The notes: generated by a model from the sequence alone, not told the origin. DNA of 64,000 bases from Bdellovibrionota bacterium (GCA_963668355.1 OY764265.1:1856001-1920000), one strand, 5' to 3'; shown: positions 11,759-22,047, counted from the first letter of the stretch. Numbers and translations: made by a program.

Positions 11759-12478
11759 GTGGATAAAAACGTTGAAAAATTGCTAGTGCTGCAACAGTTA
11801 GACCTTGAAATGGATGAGACCCGTCAGAAACTCACCGATGACGCTGAAAAACTGGCCAAACTGACCACCGAGGCGCAACAAAAGAAAGATTCCCTGGATC
11901 AATCGCAAGCCCAACTCAAGCAAATTGAAACGGAAAAAAGAGATTTTGAGGGCACGCTCAAACTCGAAGAGCAGCGGCTCAATAAAAGTAAAACCCGGCT
12001 GAAAACACTCAAAACGCAGTATGAATTTCAGGCTCTGCAGAGGGAAATTGATACCACCAAGCGAGCCAATGAAGAGCTGGAAGAGACCATTTTGAAAAAA
12101 ATGGAAGAGCTCGAGTCCTTGAAGAAAGTGATTGAGGATCTCGAAACTTCGTATGAGGTATGTGAAAAAGCCAGAGCCGAGTTTGAGACCGAAGCGAAGT
12201 CAAGAGAACCCGGCCTTCAAGAGTCTTTGGCGAAGCAAGAGGCTGAGTCCAAAGCTGCATTGGAAGCCGTGGATCCTCCCGTCTTATCCAAGTATCGGTT
12301 CATTCGGAAACGAAGACCGGGAACGGCTTTGGTGCCGATTGAAAATGGTTCTTGTCAAGGCTGCTTCATGGCTCTGCCTCCCCAGCAGGTCAATGAAATG
12401 ATGCAAAAAGGAACGTTTGATCAGTGCCCGAACTGTTCGAGAATGATCTATGTTCCAGATCCTGAGCCTTCAGAATAA
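11759..12478 (+). CDS. Coiled-coil protein with C4 zinc ribbon (CT398/HP0958-like)
   Basis: Long coiled coil plus CQGC...CPNCSR. Confidence 0.9.
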   Translation: MDKNVEKLLVLQQLDLEMDETRQKLTDDAEKLAKLTTEAQQKKDSLDQSQAQLKQIETEKRDFEGTLKLEEQRLNKSKTRLKTLKTQYEFQALQREIDTTKRANEELEETILKKMEELESLKKVIEDLETSYEVCEKARAEFETEAKSREPGLQESLAKQEAESKAALEAVDPPVLSKYRFIRKRRPGTALVPIENGSCQGCFMALPPQQVNEMMQKGTFDQCPNCSRMIYVPDPEPSE

Positions 12479-12481
12479 CCT

Positions 12482-12877
12482 GTGAAATACTTCTTATATG
12501 TAGATGGTGCTTCTCGTGGGAACCCAGGAAAAGCCTCCATTGGGGTTTCTCTTCAAGATGAAACCGGAAAAGAAATCGAAACCATCTCTCGTTTCATTGG
12601 ACACCACACCAATAATGAAGCCGAATACCAAGCTCTCATCGAAGGATTGAAACTCGTATGCGCGAAACAGATTTCGAATATAGAGGTGCGTGCGGACTCC
12701 CAATTGGTCGTTCGACAGATGCTGGGCGAATACAAAGTCAAACACCCCAAAATGAAACCTCTTCATCGAGAGGCACGAGCCTTGGCAGATTCCCTTGAGG
12801 CTTTTGCCATTTCGCATGTCCCACGCAGTGAGAATTCCCGCGCAGATGAGCTGGCCAATCGGGCGCTGGATTCTTAG
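12482..12877 (+). CDS. rnhA: Ribonuclease HI family protein
   Basis: DGASRGNPG, TNNEAEY, DSQLVV, NSRADELAN. Confidence 0.95.
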   Translation: MKYFLYVDGASRGNPGKASIGVSLQDETGKEIETISRFIGHHTNNEAEYQALIEGLKLVCAKQISNIEVRADSQLVVRQMLGEYKVKHPKMKPLHREARALADSLEAFAISHVPRSENSRADELANRALDS

Positions 12878-12902
12878 CCCCCAAGTATGCTAGAAGAAGG
12901 GC

Positions 12903-13271
12903 GCGAGTAGGTCGGAGGATCGCCGCGGGTGAAGGACCCGGGGAGGAAAGTCCGAGCTCCATAGGACAGAGTGCTGGGTAACTCCCAGAGCGAGTGATCG
13001 CTGGAAAGTGCAACAGAAAGTAAACCGCTTTTTCTCTGGGTTTCTCCGGAGTTCCAGAGAAGGGGTAAGGGTGAAACAGGGAGGTAAGAGCTCCCTCACG
13101 AGAGCCTCGCGAGAGGCCGTGCGGTAAACCCCACTCGGAGCAAGACCAAATAGGGAAACGTTTGAGGGTGGTCCGCCTGAAGTTTTCGGGTAGGTCGCTT
13201 GAGCTGTACGGTAACGTGCAGCCTAGATGAATGATCTTTCTAGACAGAACTCGGCTTATAGACCTACTCGC
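12903..13271 (+). ncRNA. rnpB: RNase P RNA (type A)
   Basis: GAGGAAAGTCC near the 5' end and ACAGAACTCGGCTTA near the 3' end; terminal P1 helix GCGAGTAGGTC/GACCTACTCGC. Confidence 0.97.
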
Positions 13272-13350
13272 ATTTTCAAAACAGAGAAGTGTTTCTTTAA
13301 AATGAGGGAAAGCTTTTGAAGCCAAATTCTGAGCGAAAGCGATACCTCAA

Positions 13351-13719
13351 CTATTGATCAGTTTTTTGGGCGTCTTCTTTGGCTTTTTGTTCTTTGAGTT
13401 CTTTTTTAGCTTTTTCGACGGGGTCCACGGAGAGGCAGGCTTGGCTGATCCAGTGAAAGCCACAAGCTTTGCACATTTCTTCTTGGGCCAAGGTTGGGCA
13501 GAGATTGCTGGGATCGGGCTTGGACAGGCAGACTTTAAAACCATTCACCACTTGCCCTGGCCGGCAATCTTCCTCTGATACGATTCCAGAGCGAGTTTCG
13601 GCTCCCTCTCCCTGTTGTTTTCCCCAAATGCAGCAAACATCTTCTCCCAATTGAGCGAGGGAGGTGGATGGAAGAGCGAGGATGAGAGCAAAAAGTGACA
13701 ATCGAAAGGTTGTAAACAT
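13351..13719 (-). CDS. Small secreted cysteine-rich hypothetical protein
   Basis: Signal peptide (SLA-Q), 8 Cys, Lys/Glu-rich tail; starts 2 nt after the efp stop codon. Confidence 0.75.
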   Translation of the reverse strand: MFTTFRLSLFALILALPSTSLAQLGEDVCCIWGKQQGEGAETRSGIVSEEDCRPGQVVNGFKVCLSKPDPSNLCPTLAQEEMCKACGFHWISQACLSVDPVEKAKKELKEQKAKEDAQKTDQ

Positions 13720-13721
13720 AC

Positions 13722-14288
13722 TTAATCCTCCTTGGCTCGGCCGAGGTATTTTCCTGTCGTGGTGTCAATTTCCACACGTTCCCCTTGATTGATGAACCCG
13801 GGGACTTGGAAGGTGGCTCCGGTTTCGACCTTAGCTCCTTTAAAGGCATTCGTGGCCGTGGCGGTTTTAATATAGGGCTCGGTTTCGATAACTTCCAATT
13901 TTACCACTTTCGGTAATTCGATGCCGATGAATCGATCTTCGTACTTCTCGACCATCAGTTTTAAGTTGGGGGTTAGGTATTGGGCTTGATCCCCCAGCAT
14001 TTCTTTCGTGAGATGAAACTGGTCGTAGGTTTCACAGTCCATGAAATGGAAATGCTCTCCGTCTTCGTAAAGATATTCAATCTCACGGGTGTCAATGATG
14101 GCTCGTTCCACAGGTTCTCCAGAGCGATATTTATGTTCGGTTTGAAGGCCTGTGATGACGTTTCTGAGCTTGGCTTGGATGAATGCGCCCCCTTTTCCAG
14201 GTTGGACATGGGAAAGTTCCATGACACGGTGGATTTCTCCCTTAAAAAGGATGGCCATTCCGACTTTTAATTGTTTAGATCCGATCAT
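13722..14288 (-). CDS. efp: Elongation factor P
   Basis: HVQPGKGGAF loop, YLYEDG, VPGFINQGE. Confidence 0.97.
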   Translation of the reverse strand: MIGSKQLKVGMAILFKGEIHRVMELSHVQPGKGGAFIQAKLRNVITGLQTEHKYRSGEPVERAIIDTREIEYLYEDGEHFHFMDCETYDQFHLTKEMLGDQAQYLTPNLKLMVEKYEDRFIGIELPKVVKLEVIETEPYIKTATATNAFKGAKVETGATFQVPGFINQGERVEIDTTTGKYLGRAKED

Positions 14289-14366
14289 AGCGCCGGCAGT
14301 GTGCCTTCGAAGCGGGTTTTAGTCAATTGCTTGCTCATATGCTTTTCAGCCATTAGGATTCGCGCC

Positions 14367-15314
14367 ATGAAAGCATATCTGGTTACTGGAGGAGCGGGGT
14401 TCATTGGATCCCACATTGCGGAAACTCTCATCAAACAAGGCCACAGGGTTCGAATTTTGGACAATCTCTCTACAGGCAAACAAGAGAATATTGACTATTT
14501 AAAAGGTTTGTCGGGAGACCTGGAATGGCAGAAAGGGGATGTTTCCGTTGCGAAGGACTCGGCCAAAGCGGTCGAGGGGATGGATGCGATTTTTCATCAG
14601 GCAGCTTTGGGCTCGGTTCCGAAATCCGTGGAGGATCCCATCACGTCTCATCACGCCAATATCACGGGAACCTTGCAATTGCTTTGGGAGGCAAAAAAGG
14701 CGGGAGTTAAGCGTGTGGTCAATGCGGCTTCCTCCTCAGCTTATGGGGATACACCCGTTTTGCCCAAAGTTGAGACGATGGCTCCCAACACATTTTCCCC
14801 GTATGCCGTAACCAAGCTTGGACAGGAGGCTTATTGCCGCGCGTTTCATGTTTCGTATGGCATGGGGACGGTTTCGCTACGATATTTCAACGTGTTTGGT
14901 TCCAGACAAGATCCCCATTCTCAGTATGCCGCGGTGATTCCGAAGTTTTTCCAATCGTTTTTGAGGGGAGAGTCTCCGTTGATTTACGGAGATGGAGAAC
15001 AAACACGAGATTTTACGTACGTGGGAGATGTGGTTCAGGCCAATTTGAAAGCGGCGGAAATCGAAAAGGCAGAGGGGCAAGTTTACAATATTGCCGGGGG
15101 GCAGAAAATCAGTGTCAATGAGTTGGCGACGAAAATTGCCGAGCTCGTGGGGACGGATTTAAAACCCAAACATGTGGATGAACGCCCAGGTGACATCAAA
15201 CACTCCTTAGCGGATATTTCGGCCGCGAAAAAAGAATTGGGCTTCCACCCAGAAACCAATTTGGATCAAGGCCTAGAATTGGCCTCCGGCTGGTACAAAA
15301 AATACTTGGCCTAG
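14367..15314 (+). CDS. NAD-dependent nucleotide-sugar epimerase (WbpP/GalE-like SDR)
   Basis: TGGAGFIGSH, YAVTK, LRYFNVFG; start ATG 14367. Confidence 0.92.
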   Translation: MKAYLVTGGAGFIGSHIAETLIKQGHRVRILDNLSTGKQENIDYLKGLSGDLEWQKGDVSVAKDSAKAVEGMDAIFHQAALGSVPKSVEDPITSHHANITGTLQLLWEAKKAGVKRVVNAASSSAYGDTPVLPKVETMAPNTFSPYAVTKLGQEAYCRAFHVSYGMGTVSLRYFNVFGSRQDPHSQYAAVIPKFFQSFLRGESPLIYGDGEQTRDFTYVGDVVQANLKAAEIEKAEGQVYNIAGGQKISVNELATKIAELVGTDLKPKHVDERPGDIKHSLADISAAKKELGFHPETNLDQGLELASGWYKKYLA

Positions 15315-15336
15315 ACTCATTTTAAACGACCCACAC

Positions 15337-15398
15337 ATGCGAAGGAACAAGGCTGAGAAATACTCAGAACTTGCCACTTCGCATTCCTCAGTTTTTTT
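15337..15398 (+). terminator. Bulged hairpin with downstream T-run after the epimerase gene
   Basis: ATGCGAAG/CTTCGCAT, CAAG/CTTG and CTGAG/CTCAG nested stems; T7 begins 7 nt after the stem. Confidence 0.45.
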
Positions 15399-15487
15399 GT
15401 AGAACGTTCTTTTTCTTTTGATCTGAAAAAAGAAAGAAAAATCTCAAAGGTGGCTTAGAAGAAACGAAAGCTGGAAAGAGGGGTTCC

Positions 15488-15509
15488 CAGCGCGCCTTCC
15501 GGCGCGCTG
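15488..15509 (-). terminator. GC-rich hairpin after ahcY
   Basis: CAGCGCGCC-GGAA-GGCGCGCTG, perfect 9-bp stem with a GNRA loop on the minus strand; weak U-tract. Confidence 0.5.
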
Positions 15510-15534
15510 AGTCGGTTAAGAGTTGGTGAGGCGT

Positions 15535-16788
15535 TTAGGTGCCTGCAGCGTAGTCGGTTGCGTATTTGATTTGCTCAGGCGTCAGTTTGTCGATGCTGAT
15601 GCCCATGGTTTCCAATTTGATTCGAGCAATTTCTTGGTCCTGCTCCTTCGAAAGGTTGTGGACCGTGTTCGCCATTTCTTTTCCTTCTCGGGAAAGATGA
15701 AGCAGCGCCAAGAATTGGTTTGCAAAAGACATGTCCATGACTTCCGAAGGATGTCCCTCTGCAGCTGCCAAGTTCACCAAGCGACCTTGAGCCAAGACGT
15801 AAATCCGATGGCCGTTCTTCATGCGATATTCTTCATTGTTGGGTCGGATGGTTTGGCAACCATTCGAAATACTCGCCAAGTCCTCCAAATTGAGTTCGCA
15901 ATCGTAATGTCCGGTATTGCAGACAATGGCCCCTTCTTTCATGCTTTGGAAATGACGTTTGACGATGACGTCCATCATTCCAGTTGCTGTGATGAAAATG
16001 TCACCCACTTTGGCGGCTTCATCCATTGTCATCACTTCATGGCCTTCTAGTGTGGCTTGGAGAGCTGGAATGGGGTCAACTTCGGTAATGATCGTGTTGC
16101 ATCCCATGCCCTTAGCTCGATTGGCCACGCCTCTTCCGCAATGACCATATCCGGCAACGACAAAGTTTTTCCCAGCCAAGAGAACCCCAGTGGCTCGTAG
16201 AATTCCGTCCAGCGAGGATTGGCCCGTTCCATAGACATTGTCGAAGTCCCATTTCGTTTGAGCATCATTGACGGCGAAGACGGGGTACTTGAGGGCTCCG
16301 TCAGCGGCCATGGCTCGAAGGCGATGGACTCCTGTGGTGGTTTCTTCCGTTCCTCCAATGATTTCCTTGGCGAGTTCCGGGTGTCGCTTGTGAACTGAAA
16401 AAATCAGATCGGCTCCATCATCCAAAGTTAAGTGGGGCTTGAACTCTAAGGTGTGGTCAATGCATTGATAGAAATTTTCCGTGTCCATGCCATGCCAGGC
16501 ATAAATGGAAGTTCCTTCAGCGGCGAGGGCCGCAGCGACATCGTCCTGTGTCGACAAAGGATTGCACCCGGACCAAGAGACTTCCGCGCCGGCAGCGCGA
16601 AGCGTTCTAACGAGAACGGCCGTTTCTCGGGTTACGTGAATGCATCCGGCGATCTTCACGCCTTTGAAAGGTTTGGATTGGCTATATTTCTCCCGTAGGG
16701 CATTCATAACCGGCATTCGGCTTTCTGCCCATGCGATCTTCTTTTGTCCTTGGTCAGCTAATTTTTCGTCTGCAACCTTATAGTTCAT
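15535..16788 (-). CDS. ahcY: Adenosylhomocysteinase (short type)
   Basis: GCNPLSTQD, LDDGADL, EETTTG, GRLVNL, GHPSEVMDMSF. Confidence 0.98.
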   Translation of the reverse strand: MNYKVADEKLADQGQKKIAWAESRMPVMNALREKYSQSKPFKGVKIAGCIHVTRETAVLVRTLRAAGAEVSWSGCNPLSTQDDVAAALAAEGTSIYAWHGMDTENFYQCIDHTLEFKPHLTLDDGADLIFSVHKRHPELAKEIIGGTEETTTGVHRLRAMAADGALKYPVFAVNDAQTKWDFDNVYGTGQSSLDGILRATGVLLAGKNFVVAGYGHCGRGVANRAKGMGCNTIITEVDPIPALQATLEGHEVMTMDEAAKVGDIFITATGMMDVIVKRHFQSMKEGAIVCNTGHYDCELNLEDLASISNGCQTIRPNNEEYRMKNGHRIYVLAQGRLVNLAAAEGHPSEVMDMSFANQFLALLHLSREGKEMANTVHNLSKEQDQEIARIKLETMGISIDKLTPEQIKYATDYAAGT

Positions 16789-16812
16789 CATCTCTCCTTA
16801 AATCGTCTTCAA

Positions 16813-17553
16813 TTAAAACTTGAATCCTCCACTGATCGTGATGACTTCTCCTTGAATATAAGAAGCCTCTTTTGACGCAAGAAAACAAGCTAACTCTGCG
16901 ATATCCGAAGGTTGTCCTTCGCGACGCAGAGGAATCATTTTAACCATTTTTTCCTTAATGGCTTGTGGAATTTTCGCCGTCATATCCGTGGCGATGAGCC
17001 CCGGTGCGATGGCGTTGACGTTAATATTGAAGCGGGAAAGCTCCAATGCCCAAGTTCGTGTCATGGCTGCAACGCCCGCTTTTGAGGCAGCATAATTGGT
17101 TTGTCCGTAGTTTCCGTCTTTCGCAATGGAGGAAAGATTCACGATCTTTCCTTCCTTTTTTTGTGCCATAATTTGAGCACAGGCTTGTGTGCAGAGAAAG
17201 ACGCCCTTTAAGTTCACTGCGATGACATCGTCGAAGTCTTTTTCCGTCATTTTGAGCAGGGAAGCATCACGAATGATACCAGCATTGTTCACCAAGATGT
17301 CGATGGTTGTGAACTTCTGGAGGGTTTGTTTGACCATTTCTTGAACTTGCTGTGAGTTCACCACATCCACGGGGATGGCTTCAGCGATTCCCCCTTGTCC
17401 CTCGATCTCCTTCCGTACGGAGTTGAGGTCCTGAGGATTGATGTCTGCAAGAACCATTCGAGCACCTTGGGCGGCCAGCTTCATGGAAATCGCTTTTCCG
17501 ATTCCCCGTCCAGCTCCGGTGACGATGGCCACTTTGTTGTTGAATTGGGTCAT
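16813..17553 (-). CDS. fabG: 3-oxoacyl-ACP reductase family SDR
   Basis: TGAGRGIG, NNAGI, YAASK. Confidence 0.85.
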   Translation of the reverse strand: MTQFNNKVAIVTGAGRGIGKAISMKLAAQGARMVLADINPQDLNSVRKEIEGQGGIAEAIPVDVVNSQQVQEMVKQTLQKFTTIDILVNNAGIIRDASLLKMTEKDFDDVIAVNLKGVFLCTQACAQIMAQKKEGKIVNLSSIAKDGNYGQTNYAASKAGVAAMTRTWALELSRFNINVNAIAPGLIATDMTAKIPQAIKEKMVKMIPLRREGQPSDIAELACFLASKEASYIQGEVITISGGFKF

Positions 17554-17563
17554 GAAATGTCTC

Positions 17564-18772
17564 CTAAAGGGACAACTGAAACATGAGATCGATGAAGTGA
17601 TCGTAATTGATGCCCAGTGTGGGTCGCTCCTCTCTTCTCCAAGTATATTGCAGTTGTGTTTTATAACGGTGATCTGCCAATGGATAGAGGTTTAGCGTGG
17701 CGGCGGCTTCCATCCACGTATTGTTGTCCGTGTCCATATTGGTGTCCAGCCAGCTGAAGCGAGCCGCGACTTCAAATCTTTCGGGGACTAGGAAGGCGGC
17801 GGGTTGAACGTAAAATCCCATGCTTTCAATTGATCCCAAACTGAAATTTTGAAATGTGCGGAAAAAGTATTCTCCTTGAAGGGATCGGCCTTCATTCTTC
17901 CAGGAGAATTCTCCGGCCACACTCAATAGATCCGCGTCGGTGTCATCTACGACAAGATCTCCATCTAGATCGACGTCGCGACCAAAATCATATGCAAAGG
18001 AGGCACCCAATTCGAAGCGATGTCCTTCTCGGTTTTCAACATCGCCCTCTGAATAGCCCACCGATCCATTGGGCCGGATGACCAACCGACCGATTAGTAA
18101 GTGTCCGCGCCCACCCCCCAAGGTGTCGTTGGAAACATTTTGTCCGGAGGTGGAAGAGAGGGCAGGCTGAAGTCCTCCAGATCCAGCGGGGGTTCCACCC
18201 CCGTTGAACACCCCAAGGGTCAACCCCAAAGCGGATTGGTCGTAATGCAGGGTCAATCCGCGGTCTCGGCCGAGCGCAAAATAACGGGTCGCCAAAGCCC
18301 GGCTTACGAGTCCCAAGTTTCCGGAATACGTCATGGCTTGTCGTGAAAAGGGAACTTTAAACTGTCCCAATTTGAAACCATATTTCCCGTGTCCGAATCG
18401 AACGTAATAGTCTTCCAAGGTGAATCCTCCGTTTTGGGTTTCGGAGGTTGGCGCATAACTCGGTAGGCGATTATGTGCTCCCGCAGCCGCCTGAAAATAA
18501 TATTGAATCGTTTGGCCAAAGGCATGCCCGCCCGAGTATAACTTGGCGTGCATGAGATCGAATGAACTGAAATCGGTTTGAGGTGAAACCCAACCGTAGG
18601 TGTATCCGAAGTTGATGCGTGTCCCCACCTTGAGGAGGAAACGATTGTCTCCAGATTTGATGTAGAAACCATCTTGGTATCCTCCTTGAAGTCCCGGAAT
18701 ATGTTCTCCGGCAAAACTGGAAGAGACCGACAAAAAAAAGGAAATCGCCAATAGAATCGAGTGTTTGCGCAT
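17564..18772 (-). CDS. OprO/OprP-like porin
   Basis: Signal peptide, YQDGFYIKS, GQFKVPFS, GRDRG motifs; amphipathic beta strands. Confidence 0.75.
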   Translation of the reverse strand: MRKHSILLAISFFLSVSSSFAGEHIPGLQGGYQDGFYIKSGDNRFLLKVGTRINFGYTYGWVSPQTDFSSFDLMHAKLYSGGHAFGQTIQYYFQAAAGAHNRLPSYAPTSETQNGGFTLEDYYVRFGHGKYGFKLGQFKVPFSRQAMTYSGNLGLVSRALATRYFALGRDRGLTLHYDQSALGLTLGVFNGGGTPAGSGGLQPALSSTSGQNVSNDTLGGGRGHLLIGRLVIRPNGSVGYSEGDVENREGHRFELGASFAYDFGRDVDLDGDLVVDDTDADLLSVAGEFSWKNEGRSLQGEYFFRTFQNFSLGSIESMGFYVQPAAFLVPERFEVAARFSWLDTNMDTDNNTWMEAAATLNLYPLADHRYKTQLQYTWRREERPTLGINYDHFIDLMFQLSL

Positions 18773-18805
18773 GAGTGAGAAGGTGATACCGTGAGCCCTG
18801 GGTCG

Positions 18806-19312
18806 ATGTCAATTCCGTGGAAAAATTTGATTTGTTTGAGCGTGTTGCTCTGTGGCTTGGGTTCTGCGCATGGGATGGATCGCTACTCTTACATGGGGGT
18901 TTCGCTGGGTGTTCCCATGGACTTGGATCCGAGTGTTGAAAGGGGCAATTTAACCTATGGGCTGGATGCCGCCTATTTTTTGTCTGAAGATTGGGCAGCC
19001 GTCATGGGTTGGGGTTTTGGTCTCGAAGATGACCACAAAATTGATCTCGCGCTTGGCATGCAAGGGTTTTTGGAAATGAAAACATGGGTGCGTCCCTATC
19101 TTGCGGGCAAGTTCCTCTACGTTCTCCAACCCGAAAAAGATTTGGGCTGGCGATTAAGCGCTGGCGCGGAATGGAATCTTCGCGTTTTAACGGGTCTCGA
19201 CAATCTTCAGGTCTTCACCGAGACAGGGGTCTCTCAAATTTTGACCAACACGACCAACGGGGACGAACTTACGCTAGAAATTTTTCGTCTGGGTTTGAGT
19301 TGGAGCTATTGA
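18806..19312 (+). CDS. Small outer-membrane beta-barrel protein
   Basis: Signal peptide (AHG), alternating beta strands, C-terminal LGLSWSY; start 18791 or 18806. Confidence 0.7.
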   Translation: MSIPWKNLICLSVLLCGLGSAHGMDRYSYMGVSLGVPMDLDPSVERGNLTYGLDAAYFLSEDWAAVMGWGFGLEDDHKIDLALGMQGFLEMKTWVRPYLAGKFLYVLQPEKDLGWRLSAGAEWNLRVLTGLDNLQVFTETGVSQILTNTTNGDELTLEIFRLGLSWSY

Positions 19313-19365
19313 TCTCGGAATTAAATCGCCTCGATCATTTCCGTCATTCGCTGCCTGGCCAAAGT

Positions 19366-22047
19366 CTAATGGGCTTCGAGCCAGTTGTTGCCGACTCCGA
19401 TTTGGACCAGTGTGGGTACACGGAGTTCCATCGCGTGTTCCATTTCGTATCTGACCATTTCTTTGAGGGGCTCCAATTCATTTTCCGGAGCTTCGAAAAG
19501 AAGTTCGTCGTGAACTTGCAGAAGCATCTTGGCTTTGAATCCCTCATGTAATTTTTTATGAATCCGAAGCATGGCCAGTTTAATCAGGTCTGCGGCGCTT
19601 CCCTGAATGGGAGTGTTGATGGCAATGCGCTCGGCGTTTGTGAACATGCGAGGGTTGGAGCTATTGATGTCCGAAACATCCCTTCGTCTTCCCAAGATGG
19701 TCGTGACAAATTCATTTTTTCGCGCTTGGTCTTTCGTGTTTTCCAAGAAGTCTCGAATTCCAGGATACTTTTCGAAGTAGTTGGCGATGAATTCCTTGGC
19801 TTCCTCTAAGGAGATCCCCGTTTCTTGAGACAATCGTCTGGATCCCATGCCATAAATGACGCCGAAGTTGATGGCTTTTGCCCGGCCCCGAAGTTCTGAA
19901 GACACGTTTTCATTTTTGACGCCAAAAACCACAGAAGCTGTTCTTCGATGAACATCTTCATTGTTCTGGAAGGTTTCAATCAGGGTAGGGTCCTCGGACA
20001 AGTGGGCTAAGATGCGAAGCTCAATTTGGGAATAATCGGCCGAAAGAAATTTCCATCCTTTGTGTCCTGGCACAAAAGCCGCCCGTATTTCCTTTCCCAA
20101 TGGGGTTCGAATGGGAATGTTCTGTAGATTGGGCTCAGAAGAAGACAGCCTACCTGTAGCCGTGATGGTTTGGTTGAAAGATGTATGAATTCGCCCGGTT
20201 TTAGGATGAATGAGTTCGGGAAGCGAATCGACGTAGGTCGACTGCAACTTGGAAAGATTCCGATATTCCAAAAGAGAAGCCACGATGGGGTGCTTGGCAT
20301 AGGTTTCCAACGTATCTTGGTCGGTAGAGTATCCCGTTTTTGTTTTTTTCACCCTTTTCACACCAACGGCATCTTGAATCTTGAGCTTTTCAAAGAGGAT
20401 GGGACCCAATTGTTTGGGAGATTTGATGTTGAATTCTTCTCCGGCTTCTTCAAAAATGCGAGTGGTCAATTCTTTCAATCGCTGGGTTAGCTTTCTGGAG
20501 AGTTTGGACAAACTTTCCTTGTCCAAAGCGATCCCGACTCTTTCCATGTCTCCAAGAACCTCGATGAGGGGGAGCTCAACGTCTTGATAGAGCGGCGCGA
20601 GTTGAAGTTTTTTCAATTTGGGAAAGAGGTGTTTATGTAGTCGGAGCGTGATGTCGGCATCTTCGCAAGCGTAGTTTTTGATTCTCTCTTGATCGACATC
20701 CAACATGGAAATTTGTTTTTTTCCTTTTCCGATCAATTCCTCAGTTTTGGTTTTTGTGATGCCCAAATGCTTTTGGGACAACGTATCGATTCCATGTTGA
20801 CGAATGGATGGATCCAGAAGGTAGGATTCCAACATGGAGTCAAAAACAATGCCTTGAAGGAAAATGCCCTCGTTAGCCAAAACCGTACGATCAAATTTGA
20901 TGTTTTGCCCTCCCTTGGGTTTTTTCTTGTCCTCTAGGATTGGACGAAGACGGCCCAAAACCTCTTTGGGCGAAAGGGCAATGCCTTGGAGTGGAACGTA
21001 ATGGGCGGAGCCTTCTTGGGTAGAAAAGGAGAGCCCGACGGCGCGCACGTCGGCCGGATGAAGCCCTGTGGTTTCAGAGTCCAGAGCAAACACCTCTGCG
21101 GATTCCAATGTTTTCACGAGTTGGTCTAATTCTTGGGTCGTCTGAACCAAAACATAGTTGGAGTCGGGGGCTTTCTTGGGAGTTTCTTCAGAAAGATTTT
21201 TGGAAAGCGAATGAAACTCCAGCTCTTCGTAGAGTTTCCGAAGACGATTTACGTCGGGTGCTCCGGGAGAAAGTTCCTCTGCGGAGAGGGATAGAGGGAC
21301 TTTCTTGCAAATGGTGACCAGATCTTTGCACAGAAACGCTTGGTCTTTGTGCTCTTTAAGTTTATTTCGGATGCGTTCCGGTTTTACATTGTCCAGATTT
21401 GCGTAAATCTCCTCAAGAGATCCATATTCTGAGATCAACTTCGAAGCCGTCTTGGGACCAATTCCAGGAATGCCAGGCACATTGTCGGAGGCGTCACCCA
21501 TTAGGCCGAGCAAGTCAATGACATGTTTGGTTTGAACTCCCCATTTCTTTTCAGATCCCTCGTCTCCCAAGAGTTCGACCTCATTTCCTTTCTTGAGGTT
21601 GTATAATTTTACTTTTGGGCCCACGAGTTGAAGGAAATCTTTGTCTCCACTTACAATGAATGTCTCAATGTCCTTTTCCTTGGCAGACTCCGTAAGTGTT
21701 CCAATGATGTCGTCAGCCTCATAGGTTGGAAAAATGAGAAAAGGAATGTGCATGGCCTCAACGACTTTTCGGATGTATGGAAGCTGATCGGCCAGTTCTT
21801 CGGGCATATCATCTCGTGTCGCTTTGTATTCGGGAAATTTTTTATGCCGAAAGGTTTTTTCCTTCGCGTCAAAGGCAACGGCGAGAAGATCAGGTTTTTC
21901 GGCTTCGATGAGGCGGAGAAGAATGCTTACAAAGCCGTACACAGCCCCCGTGTGCATGCCACGGCGGTTTGTAAGAGGGTTTGCGCCAAAGCTGAAATGA
22001 CTTCGATACGCAATTGCCGTTCCATCTATGAGAAATAAACGTTTGAT
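19366..22047 (-). CDS. polA: DNA polymerase I
   Basis: 5'-3' exonuclease (EADD, GDKD), 3'-5' exonuclease (DSETTG), polymerase motifs DYSQIELR, AKAINFGVIYG, QVHDEL. The frame extends upstream of ORF-track start 21957 to IKRLFLIDG at 22047 (ATC). Confidence 0.97.
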   Translation of the reverse strand: MKRLFLIDGTAIAYRSHFSFGANPLTNRRGMHTGAVYGFVSILLRLIEAEKPDLLAVAFDAKEKTFRHKKFPEYKATRDDMPEELADQLPYIRKVVEAMHIPFLIFPTYEADDIIGTLTESAKEKDIETFIVSGDKDFLQLVGPKVKLYNLKKGNEVELLGDEGSEKKWGVQTKHVIDLLGLMGDASDNVPGIPGIGPKTASKLISEYGSLEEIYANLDNVKPERIRNKLKEHKDQAFLCKDLVTICKKVPLSLSAEELSPGAPDVNRLRKLYEELEFHSLSKNLSEETPKKAPDSNYVLVQTTQELDQLVKTLESAEVFALDSETTGLHPADVRAVGLSFSTQEGSAHYVPLQGIALSPKEVLGRLRPILEDKKKPKGGQNIKFDRTVLANEGIFLQGIVFDSMLESYLLDPSIRQHGIDTLSQKHLGITKTKTEELIGKGKKQISMLDVDQERIKNYACEDADITLRLHKHLFPKLKKLQLAPLYQDVELPLIEVLGDMERVGIALDKESLSKLSRKLTQRLKELTTRIFEEAGEEFNIKSPKQLGPILFEKLKIQDAVGVKRVKKTKTGYSTDQDTLETYAKHPIVASLLEYRNLSKLQSTYVDSLPELIHPKTGRIHTSFNQTITATGRLSSSEPNLQNIPIRTPLGKEIRAAFVPGHKGWKFLSADYSQIELRILAHLSEDPTLIETFQNNEDVHRRTASVVFGVKNENVSSELRGRAKAINFGVIYGMGSRRLSQETGISLEEAKEFIANYFEKYPGIRDFLENTKDQARKNEFVTTILGRRRDVSDINSSNPRMFTNAERIAINTPIQGSAADLIKLAMLRIHKKLHEGFKAKMLLQVHDELLFEAPENELEPLKEMVRYEMEHAMELRVPTLVQIGVGNNWLEAH

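Noticed and set aside
12738..13325. 195-aa ORF on the minus strand
   Set aside because: Antisense to rnpB; an artefact of the structured RNA.
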